IMG/VR virus record: IMGVR_UViG_3300020188_000043
Location: 1 to 26,750 of that record
DNA length: 26,750 nucleotides
Direction: 5' to 3' (one strand)
Source of the DNA: a virus
Lineage: Duplodnaviria > Caudoviricetes
The position numbers and the translations under genes are program-made. Below are positions 1-7,355 of the stretch, in pieces. The first letter of the stretch is position 1, and each line of letters begins with the position of its first letter. A model generated the notes under the pieces. The model was not told the DNA's origin. It worked only from the letters and a program-made list of their open reading frames with translations, and did no database searches.

Positions 1-693
1 AACTTGTTAGGTATTGATTTAAACACAACAGTAGCATCAGGTGTTGGTATTGATTTAACTTACTACATTACAGGTTCAAACTCTGTAGCAAGTATTGATG
101 TTAATGGTGACGGACTAGGAGTTGCAGCCAATAACACTGCTGACATACAAATGACTGGTGATAACAACGATCTAGTGTTTGATCTACTAGGTACTGGCAA
201 CAGTCTAATTGCAACAGCAACAGGTGGTAGTTACAATGACTTTAACTTTACCATCAACGCTGACACAACCACAGTAGGTGTAGCTATAAGTGGCGGTGGT
301 GCTAACCTTGCAACACTTAACTTGTCTAGCGACAATGCTATCCTTGATATTGATGTAATTGGTTCAGCTAATAATGTTGGTGTTACACAAAGTGGTATAG
401 GTGGTGTAGGTGGTATGTTCTTCGATCTAGATATAAATGGATCAAGCAACGTTGTAACAACATCACAAACTGATGTTGGTGATCACATTATGAATATTGG
501 TATTATTGGTTCGAGTAACCTGGTTACAGCCACACAAAATGGTAGTACTGGTACAGCTGGACACAACATTGAGTTAGATATTACAGGCGGAAGTAACACT
601 GTATCTTCATCTCAAACAGGTGCTCAAGATAATGATGCTAATATTAATATAACAGGCTCAAGTAATACTTGGAGTTTGATACAGTCAGACTAA
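1..693 (+). CDS. curlin-like (CsgA/CsgB-type) beta-solenoid repeat protein, 5'-truncated by window edge
   Basis: G/N/S/T/D-rich imperfect repeats such as LDINGSSNVVTTSQ, IGIIGSSNLVTATQ, LDITGGSNTVSSSQ, INITGSSNTWSLIQ resemble the curlin G-x2-N-x5-Q pattern; frame is open from base 1. Confidence 0.7.
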   Translation, partial: NLLGIDLNTTVASGVGIDLTYYITGSNSVASIDVNGDGLGVAANNTADIQMTGDNNDLVFDLLGTGNSLIATATGGSYNDFNFTINADTTTVGVAISGGGANLATLNLSSDNAILDIDVIGSANNVGVTQSGIGGVGGMFFDLDINGSSNVVTTSQTDVGDHIMNIGIIGSSNLVTATQNGSTGTAGHNIELDITGGSNTVSSSQTGAQDNDANINITGSSNTWSLIQSD

Positions 694-842
694 TGGAAAC
701 TATCTTGAAAAAAAATGAACTATGGAATAAATATGTTAATGCATTCAATGCTCAAACACTTTATGAAATAGAGTTACATAGGAAAGAATATGAAAAAGTT
801 ACTAATAGCACTACTGACAATTGTACCAATAATATCTCATAG
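693..842 (+). CDS. small hypothetical protein (49 aa), not in ORF track
   Basis: ATG overlaps the upstream stop (TAATG at 691-695); METILKKNELWNKYVNAF...NNIS*; fills the gap but overlaps the next gene by 53 nt. Confidence 0.4.
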   Translation: METILKKNELWNKYVNAFNAQTLYEIELHRKEYEKVTNSTTDNCTNNIS

Positions 843-1893
843 TGCTATAGGAACTATTAGTGATCAAAAACATGATCCTGCAAGTATTAAAAGAAAAAAT
901 TTAACATTAGAAGGTATTATGGGTACCAATGTAGAGATGTTAGATACTCTACGTACTGGTCAAGGTACTTTAGAAATTACATTTGAAGATTTTACTCAGG
1001 TTCAAATGACAGAATCAGCAAAGTTAATCATTGATGACTTTGTTTACGATCCAAAAAATGCAGATGCAAGTAAACTATCAATCAAAATAGCATCTGGTAC
1101 AGCTCGTTACGCATCAGGTCAAATCGCAAAAAACAATCCACAATCAGTTAAAATTAGAACACCAAGTGCCACAGTATCCGTTCGTGGTACTGATTTTACC
1201 GCCACAGTAGATGAGATAGGTAGTACCACAGTTATTCTATTGCCAAGTTGTCCTCCTGGTTGGTTAGACATTGAACGTGATTGCGTTACAGGTTCTATTG
1301 AAGTTGCTAGTCTAGGCGGTAGTGTCTTAATGAATAAACCATTTGAAGCTACTCGCGTACCTAACCTAGAAGCAAAGCCTACTTCACCAGTCATTGTTGA
1401 TCTAACAGAAGAAATGATTAGACAAATCATTATCGTAGGACCGCCAAAAGAATTTAAAGATGAAGAAATGGATAATACTACAATTAGTCTATTAGATGAC
1501 AATGCCTTAGATCAAAACCTATTAGAAAATGAATTAGACAAAGACCTATCTGAGATATATACAGATAGACTTAGTGAAAACTTGTTAGATAGAGACTTCT
1601 TAAAGAATGTATTAGACATACTAGATCTACAACTAGCTATGTCACAATCAAGAACACTATCCACTTCAGATAAGAATGAATTGCTTCCAGATTTTATTCC
1701 TGACCAAGGTGTAACATATACTACTGATAGCATATCTATTGAACTGTGTATGAATACAACAGGTAGTGATATATCTTGTGTTAACGTACCTACAACGCAA
1801 GAAACAACTATACGTCAAATACAAGGTGCGGTTGATATAACTAACAGAGTTAATAGTGAAGGTACTACCAATATCACTACGAGACAGAACTAA
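790..1893 (+). CDS. secreted FecR-domain protein
   Basis: Signal peptide MKKLLIALLTIVPIISHSA; FecR-family motifs DTLRTG..LEITFED..Q, GTARYASG, VKIRTPSATVSVRGTDF. Confidence 0.8.
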   Translation: MKKLLIALLTIVPIISHSAIGTISDQKHDPASIKRKNLTLEGIMGTNVEMLDTLRTGQGTLEITFEDFTQVQMTESAKLIIDDFVYDPKNADASKLSIKIASGTARYASGQIAKNNPQSVKIRTPSATVSVRGTDFTATVDEIGSTTVILLPSCPPGWLDIERDCVTGSIEVASLGGSVLMNKPFEATRVPNLEAKPTSPVIVDLTEEMIRQIIIVGPPKEFKDEEMDNTTISLLDDNALDQNLLENELDKDLSEIYTDRLSENLLDRDFLKNVLDILDLQLAMSQSRTLSTSDKNELLPDFIPDQGVTYTTDSISIELCMNTTGSDISCVNVPTTQETTIRQIQGAVDITNRVNSEGTTNITTRQN

Positions 1894-3245
1894 TGTATAA
1901 ATCAATATTCATAGCATTCTTAGTGTTAATCGTGTCGCATTTTTTCGCAACAAAAGCCGAAGCTGATTTATACTACGATACCTATCAGGGCACAGGCGCC
2001 TATCCCACATTTCCAGGCAATGGTGGAAGTTTAACTTATCCCACTGCGTTAAGTTCAGGTACTGTCACAGGCATAGATTTCAATTGGAGCAGTGGTGCTG
2101 TGTTAGATTCCGGTCAGACTGATCGAGTTATCGTACACTTCTATGGTTACATTACTATACCAGATACAGGCAGTCAGGACATACAATTCTATCTCTATGC
2201 TGATGATGGCGTTTACATGAAATTGGACAGCACAGTTGTAATTAATGATTGGCAAGAACAAGGCGCTGGAACTTGGAATTACGTTTCAACAGATCAAACA
2301 TTAACAGGTGGGTCTACATATTACCTAGATATGTGGATGTATGAAAACGGTGGAGGTGCCGCAGTTAAGTTATATTGGGACCAAACAGGTTCAGTTGCTA
2401 TTGTTCCAACTTCAGTTTATGCTACAACATACACACCGCCCTCAACATCAACTGTAACTGGATCCAGTCCAGGTATTAGTGGTAGTCAATCAACAGAAAT
2501 TACTTCAGCAAGAACACGAGCCAGCACATACAATTCAAATAGTGACAACTCAGTTTATATAGATCAAGCAGGTGATAATAATACTGTTACTATAACACAA
2601 CAAGGCACAGCAGGCAATCATATAAGAGGTATTGACGGAGCCAGTGCTGGTGTTATCACAGGCGATTCAAATACCATTGAGATTATGCAAGGGTCTCCAA
2701 ATACCACTGATCCCAATTTAATAGAACTATCAGTTGTTGGTAGTACAAATGATATATTATTATATCAGGATAGAGTTAATGGTACAGGTGCAATAGATAC
2801 TGTCGCTACGGGAGGACATACCATAAGTTTAGATTTGTTTGGTGACTTAAATGACATTGATGTTGTACAAAGTAATAATACCGTCAATCAGGGACATTAT
2901 GTAGGCATTGACCTAATAGGTGATAGTAATGTTATAGATGTATTCCAGGCAAACGACTATAGCAAAAAACTATTCTCAACAGTAACAGGTAATTCAAATT
3001 TAATTAATGTAATACAAAAAGGTGATAGCAGTAAGTATGCTGAGATTGAATTAATAGGTAACGGACATTTAGTTGACTTAACACAACAAGGTTTAGGAAA
3101 TCATGATGCTTCAATCTCGTTAACATACGGATCAGCATCCAGTTCAGTAACACTAGATCAAAACAGTTCACTAGACCAATCATACAGTCTGGAACAAACT
3201 TGCTATACTATTGGTGGTTGCTCAGCCACGGTTACTCAGAACTAA
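1893..3245 (+). CDS. secreted PA14-domain plus curlin-like repeat protein
   Basis: Signal peptide ending AEA; PA14 signature (IDFNW, FYGYITIP, FYLYADDGVYM, WMYENGGGA.VKLYW); S/T/P linker; C-terminal repeats such as IDQAGDNNTVTITQ, VTGNSNLINVIQKG. Confidence 0.8.
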   Translation: MYKSIFIAFLVLIVSHFFATKAEADLYYDTYQGTGAYPTFPGNGGSLTYPTALSSGTVTGIDFNWSSGAVLDSGQTDRVIVHFYGYITIPDTGSQDIQFYLYADDGVYMKLDSTVVINDWQEQGAGTWNYVSTDQTLTGGSTYYLDMWMYENGGGAAVKLYWDQTGSVAIVPTSVYATTYTPPSTSTVTGSSPGISGSQSTEITSARTRASTYNSNSDNSVYIDQAGDNNTVTITQQGTAGNHIRGIDGASAGVITGDSNTIEIMQGSPNTTDPNLIELSVVGSTNDILLYQDRVNGTGAIDTVATGGHTISLDLFGDLNDIDVVQSNNTVNQGHYVGIDLIGDSNVIDVFQANDYSKKLFSTVTGNSNLINVIQKGDSSKYAEIELIGNGHLVDLTQQGLGNHDASISLTYGSASSSVTLDQNSSLDQSYSLEQTCYTIGGCSATVTQN

Positions 3246-3255
3246 TAAATAATAA

Positions 3256-5265
3256 ATGAAAAAAATAAATCTATTTACTCCATGGTCAGCACTTATTACT
3301 TTATGTATATTAGTGTTCATTAAAATACAATCTCCAATGTTTGTTGAAAGTATGCAATTGCGGTACTTTGATACACTCATTACATCTGCACCTGAACAAC
3401 AAACCACTATCGCTACTGTTAATATAGACGAAGCTTCGTTAGAAAAATATGGTCAATGGCCATTTAGTCGAGATATCTATGCTGATATCATTAAAGAGTT
3501 ATATGCAAAAGGTGCTGGATTAGTTGTATTCAATGTGCTTATGCCTGAAGCAGATAGATTAGGAAAAGATTCTATACTAGCTAAAACTATGGAAGAATAT
3601 CCAGTGGTACTTCCAAACTTTGGTAGTGATAAAACAAAAAACCATCCACGTAATCCAGGTGCTGTAATGATTGGTGATCCTACTGGTAAGGTCGTAGAAT
3701 ACCCAGGTATCGTTGCATCAATTGAAGCATTAGAAAGTCGTGCATATGGTACAGGTATTGCTACAACATTCCCTGAAGTAGATGGTGTTACTCGAAGAAT
3801 GCCAATGGTTATACGAAGTGGTGATACATTATATCCTAGTATGGGATTAGAAGTGCTAAGAATATTAGCAGGTGATCCTAGTTTTCAAATAAAGTTTAGT
3901 GATATAGGTATTGATAAACTCAGAGTGCCTCAGTTTGGAATACTATCTACTGATCCTATTGGTAGAGTGTGGATTGATTACCAACAAAGACCAGTATCTT
4001 ATAGTTTAACTGAATTACCCGAAACATTTAATAGTAGTATAGTTATTGTAGGAACCACAGCTGCAGGTATTGCCAATCCTATAGCAACTAGTAGAGGTGA
4101 AACTTGGCCACACGAAGTACAAGCATCTGTTATAGCTACATTATCAAGTGGTATCAATATACAACGACCAGATTGGGCTGCTGGAGCCGAACTAATAACA
4201 TTGATACTATTGACTGTTATCTTATTAGTCTTATCTCGATGGGTATATGTAGGATTAGGTACTGGTATATTATTATTAGCTTCAGTGGTACCTATTACAA
4301 GTTATGTATATAGTCAACACTTATTCTTATTTGATGCAACATTGATATTAGGCGGTGGTATACTTATTATGCTTCATGCATATGGAGTTAAGTTCATATC
4401 AGAATTTAAACAGAAACAACAGATTAAAAAACAATTTGGTACCTATCTATCTCCAGCTTTAGTTGAAAAACTACAAAAGAATCCTGAATTATTACGATTG
4501 GGTGGCGAAACAAGAGAACTATCTATTATGTTTACTGATGTTCGTGGCTTTACTACAATATCAGAACATTATGGTGAAGATGTACAAGGTTTAACTAAGA
4601 TCATGAATAGATATATGACAGCCATGACTAAAAAGATACTAGAGAATAATGGTACTATAGATAAATATATCGGTGATGCTCAGATGGCTTTTTGGAATGC
4701 ACCCATTGATGATACTGAACATGCAATAAATGCAGTAAAAACTGGTTTAGAAATGCTTAAGGATTTAGATAAATTTAATGCTGAAATTACTCAAGAAGGT
4801 ATTCCTGCATTTGGAATGGGATTGGGAATCAATACAGGAAATGTTGTGGTAGGCAATATGGGTTCTGATCAGCGGTTTGATTATACATGCCTTGGTGATC
4901 ACGTTAATCTCGCTGCTAGACTTGAAGGCCAATCTAAAAACTATGGTGTTCGAATCATTATAGGTGAGAATACTGCAAATCTAGTAAAATATAAATATAA
5001 TGTAGTTGAGTTAGATACCATTGCAGTAAAAGGTAAATCGATTGGTGTTAAAATATTTACCATTGCAGATATAGATGATCTTGCTTCTCATAAAAAGTTT
5101 CTTCGTGCTTACTATGCAGGAGAATGGAGAGCAGCTTCTTTATTAACAACTAAACTAAAAGAATCTAATCCATTTCTTATTACATACTATGAGAATATGG
5201 CAGAGAGAATGTATTCTGTACCACCTATTAATTGGGATGGTGTTTATAAAGCAACTAGTAAGTAA
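3256..5265 (+). CDS. CHASE2-domain membrane class III adenylate cyclase
   Basis: N-terminal TM; CHASE2 motifs (VNIDEASL..YGQWPFSR, DGVTRRMP); three TMs; cyclase motifs FTDVRGFT, DKYIGDA, GINTG..VVGNMGS, YTCLGDHVNLAARLE. Confidence 0.93.
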   Translation: MKKINLFTPWSALITLCILVFIKIQSPMFVESMQLRYFDTLITSAPEQQTTIATVNIDEASLEKYGQWPFSRDIYADIIKELYAKGAGLVVFNVLMPEADRLGKDSILAKTMEEYPVVLPNFGSDKTKNHPRNPGAVMIGDPTGKVVEYPGIVASIEALESRAYGTGIATTFPEVDGVTRRMPMVIRSGDTLYPSMGLEVLRILAGDPSFQIKFSDIGIDKLRVPQFGILSTDPIGRVWIDYQQRPVSYSLTELPETFNSSIVIVGTTAAGIANPIATSRGETWPHEVQASVIATLSSGINIQRPDWAAGAELITLILLTVILLVLSRWVYVGLGTGILLLASVVPITSYVYSQHLFLFDATLILGGGILIMLHAYGVKFISEFKQKQQIKKQFGTYLSPALVEKLQKNPELLRLGGETRELSIMFTDVRGFTTISEHYGEDVQGLTKIMNRYMTAMTKKILENNGTIDKYIGDAQMAFWNAPIDDTEHAINAVKTGLEMLKDLDKFNAEITQEGIPAFGMGLGINTGNVVVGNMGSDQRFDYTCLGDHVNLAARLEGQSKNYGVRIIIGENTANLVKYKYNVVELDTIAVKGKSIGVKIFTIADIDDLASHKKFLRAYYAGEWRAASLLTTKLKESNPFLITYYENMAERMYSVPPINWDGVYKATSK

Positions 5266-5333
5266 ACCCAATACAGTTATATTATAATAAGTTGGAATTA
5301 AAGTAAAATTATTTTTTATTGGAGAGAGTAAAA

Positions 5334-5663
5334 ATGTCAGAAGAGAAAGAATTTCACCCAGCAGATACCAACGGGGATGGTAAAGTTTCAACTGAAGAGC
5401 ATAAAATGTATATGGAATTTAAGCGTAAAAAGCTTGAAGACGAAGATGCAATGAGAGATGCTCAAAGACAAATGACATGGTTCGCATTATTTGGCATGTT
5501 ATTATACCCAGTTGCTGTTATACTAGCAATATTATCTGGATTAGATTCTGCAAGTAAAATATTAGGAGATATGGCAGCAACATATTTTGTTTCTGTAGCT
5601 GCAATTGTTATGGCATTCTTTGGTAAGACTGCATACGAAAGCAAAAATACCCCTAATAAATAA
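5334..5663 (+). CDS. small membrane protein with N-terminal EF-hand loop and two TM helices
   Basis: Canonical 12-residue loop DTNGDGKVSTEE; two hydrophobic segments; ATG 5334 follows GGAGAG and is preferred over TTG 5319. Confidence 0.7.
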   Translation: MSEEKEFHPADTNGDGKVSTEEHKMYMEFKRKKLEDEDAMRDAQRQMTWFALFGMLLYPVAVILAILSGLDSASKILGDMAATYFVSVAAIVMAFFGKTAYESKNTPNK

Positions 5664-5696
5664 TAAACGATAAACTGATTTGAAAAGGAAAACATT

Positions 5697-5840
5697 ATGG
5701 CTAAATCAAAATCACTAGAAAAAACGGCACACTTTACTACTCATAAGAGAACATCACAAGGTGGCAAAAAACCTAAGATGCAAACAATGAATAAGAGTAA
5801 GAAAGCCTCTTACAAAAAATATAGAGGACAAGGTCGCTAA
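5697..5840 (+). CDS. small very basic protein (47 aa) ending KKYRGQGR, not in ORF track
   Basis: AAGGA upstream of ATG 5697; MAKSKSLEKTAHFTTHKRTSQGGKKPKMQTMNKSKKASYKKYRGQGR*. Confidence 0.75.
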   Translation: MAKSKSLEKTAHFTTHKRTSQGGKKPKMQTMNKSKKASYKKYRGQGR

Positions 5841-5880
5841 GAAACCTTGTCGTAATAGATCTAATATCCGAATATAAACT

Positions 5881-5911
5881 GCCTCTGAGAGCTTCCCAGA
5901 GGTGTGTTTTT
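5881..5911 (+). terminator. probable intrinsic terminator
   Basis: GCCTCTG...CAGAGGT stem followed by GTGTTTTT, just before the next promoter. Confidence 0.55.
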
Positions 5912-5944
5912 ACATAAAAAACATCAAAAAATAGCATAAAAGAG

Positions 5945-5973
5945 TGTACTTTAATTCATATTTAGTGTATAAT
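5945..5973 (+). promoter_or_regulatory. early-type sigma70-like phage promoter
   Basis: TGTACT-N17-TATAAT; one of 8 similar copies. Confidence 0.8.
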
Positions 5974-6003
5974 TAATTATAGATTGATTAAATGGAGAGA
6001 GAA

Positions 6004-6282
6004 ATGACACAATTTATAAAACAAAATTTTGATTATAGTGACGGTTGGTTAACATATAGAACCGACATTAAAACCCGTCCTGAATTTGTTGCTAGATTTA
6101 AATACAACAAATCAGACAAACCTAGCTTCCTTAAATTTCTAATTAAAAACTTCACAGTTGAAGAATATAGAGATTTTACAAACAAACTTAATTTGGCACC
6201 ATTACAAGCCTTGGCTACAAAAGGCTATGTGCCACCAAGCATTAAAAACTTTGATGTTAAATTATTTTTAAGGAGAGCATAA
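6004..6282 (+). CDS. hypothetical phage early protein
   Basis: ORF directly after promoter; ATG 6004 follows GGAGAG (alternative ATG 5992). Confidence 0.7.
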   Translation: MTQFIKQNFDYSDGWLTYRTDIKTRPEFVARFKYNKSDKPSFLKFLIKNFTVEEYRDFTNKLNLAPLQALATKGYVPPSIKNFDVKLFLRRA

Positions 6283-6521
6283 TAGATATTTCAAAATTAA
6301 AACAAGTAGTAATAAGTGGTCCAGAAGATGGTGAAACTATTGCTATGATAGTAGATAACACAGCATACTTAATTCAAACTCACGGTATGAGTGAAGCAAT
6401 ATTTAGAATGAAACGTGAGCATGGTATTCAAACACATGAATGGATGTTGTCATGTGACAAGGCTGTTTTAATTCCAGGCATTTGGGAATATCAAATGGCA
6501 GTTTATAATGGTTTACTTTAA
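6279..6521 (+). CDS. hypothetical protein (about 80 aa), possible ATA start
   Basis: Open frame (I)IDISKLKQVVISGPEDGE...IPGIWEYQMAVYNGLL* behind AAGGAG; fills the gap between the previous stop and the next promoter. Confidence 0.55.
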   Translation: MIDISKLKQVVISGPEDGETIAMIVDNTAYLIQTHGMSEAIFRMKREHGIQTHEWMLSCDKAVLIPGIWEYQMAVYNGLL

Positions 6522-6540
6522 ATATTAATTGTGATATAAT
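6512..6540 (+). promoter_or_regulatory. early-type promoter
   Basis: (G)TTTACT-N17-TATAAT, matching the T4 early -35 GTTTAC. Confidence 0.8.
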
Positions 6541-6546
6541 ACTATT

Positions 6547-6731
6547 ATAGTACAGCTAATTATAGGTAGCTTAAGTCCTATAACCAGAGAGGTCTGGAAC
6601 CGATTCAAGCGGAACGTAACGAGCCTTATACGAACTGGCGGTTTAGGTAGGTAACCTCAAAACGAGCTCAGGAGGAATAGCTAATCTTTCCGACCTGTAG
6701 CAATTACAGGAATACGATTAGCACTTTTTTT
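6547..6731 (+). ncRNA. candidate structured non-coding RNA of unknown family
   Basis: No ORF in the track, GC-richer than flanks, starts right after a promoter, several stems (6560-66/6577-83, 6584-88/6593-97, 6621-24/6666-69, 6680-86/6716-22, 6694-99/6705-10), ends in a T run. Confidence 0.6.
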
Positions 6732-6750
6732 ATTAACTGAAGGATATATT

Positions 6751-7038
6751 ATGGAGATCTATGAAAAAATTGACTTTACCGATAGCGATTTTAAAACCTT
6801 ACTTAGGGAAAAATTACACGAAAATGAAGTCAGCGTTACTTTCACCAAAAGGGATGGTTCTGAGCGAGCAATGCAATGCACGTTATCAGCTGCCAGAATT
6901 CCCGGAGAACAGTTACCTAAAGAATCAGGTACCGGCACTGTTAAAACCTTTTCCGAAGAAGCCATCAGAGTCTTCGACACCGAAAAATCCGAGTGGAGAT
7001 CTTTCAGATACGACTCAATCAACGTAGTTAAATTTTAA
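6751..7038 (+). CDS. WYL_2/DUF2693-like Sm-like SH3-fold protein
   Basis: V.FTKRDGSER.M.CTL and VFD.EK.EWRSFR.D motifs; AAGGA RBS. Confidence 0.75.
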   Translation: MEIYEKIDFTDSDFKTLLREKLHENEVSVTFTKRDGSERAMQCTLSAARIPGEQLPKESGTGTVKTFSEEAIRVFDTEKSEWRSFRYDSINVVKF

Positions 7039-7047
7039 GGATATATT

Positions 7048-7293
7048 ATGCAATTAATTGATCAAGACAAAAAGAAAATCAGAGACGCAATGCAAGAAGC
7101 TTCTAATTCATTAATTAGAATGGAAGCTGAAAGAGACTTAATAAAAACTATTGTTGAGGACTTATTCGAACAATTTAAAATTCCTAAAAAGACTTTGAAT
7201 AGAATGATCAAGGTCTATCACAAACAAAACTTCAATGAAGAGATAGCGAATAATGATGAATTCCAAACTCTTTACGAATCTGTTACAAAATAA
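7048..7293 (+). CDS. dsbA: T4 DsbA-like double-stranded DNA-binding protein
   Basis: EAS.S..R.EAERD.IK, K.LNRM.KVYHKQNF.EE, F..LYE; size and position near rnh. Confidence 0.8.
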   Translation: MQLIDQDKKKIRDAMQEASNSLIRMEAERDLIKTIVEDLFEQFKIPKKTLNRMIKVYHKQNFNEEIANNDEFQTLYESVTK

Positions 7294-7296
7294 TAT

Positions 7297-7325
7297 TGTA
7301 CTTTAATTCATATTCAATGTATAAT
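7297..7325 (+). promoter_or_regulatory. early-type promoter
   Basis: TGTACT-N17-TATAAT, nearly identical to the copy at 5945. Confidence 0.8.
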
Positions 7326-7355
7326 GGTATTAATAATTAAATTAAAAGGTTACCA

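Noticed and set aside
231-1905. Minus-strand ORFs 231-449, 1119-1502, 1512-1733 and 1666-1905
   Set aside because: Antisense shadows of well-supported plus-strand genes with no recognisable motifs.
4990-4997. TATAAATA inside the cyclase gene
   Set aside because: Intragenic and more than 300 nt from the next start; plausible by chance in AT-rich DNA.
6547-6731. tRNA, tmRNA, hammerhead ribozyme or retron msr-msd identity for the structured region
   Set aside because: No cloverleaf or T-loop consensus, no CUGAnGA/GAAA core, and no reverse transcriptase gene in the window.
6759-7027. Overlapping ORFs 6759-7022 (-) and 6761-7027 (+)
   Set aside because: The 6751 frame has the RBS and family motifs; locally higher GC explains the extra open frames.
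6740-7050. Identical AAGGATATATTATG before ATG 6751 and ATG 7048 as a shared translational operator
   Set aside because: Similar SD plus AT-rich spacers precede several other genes, so it cannot be separated from ordinary initiation-region preference.
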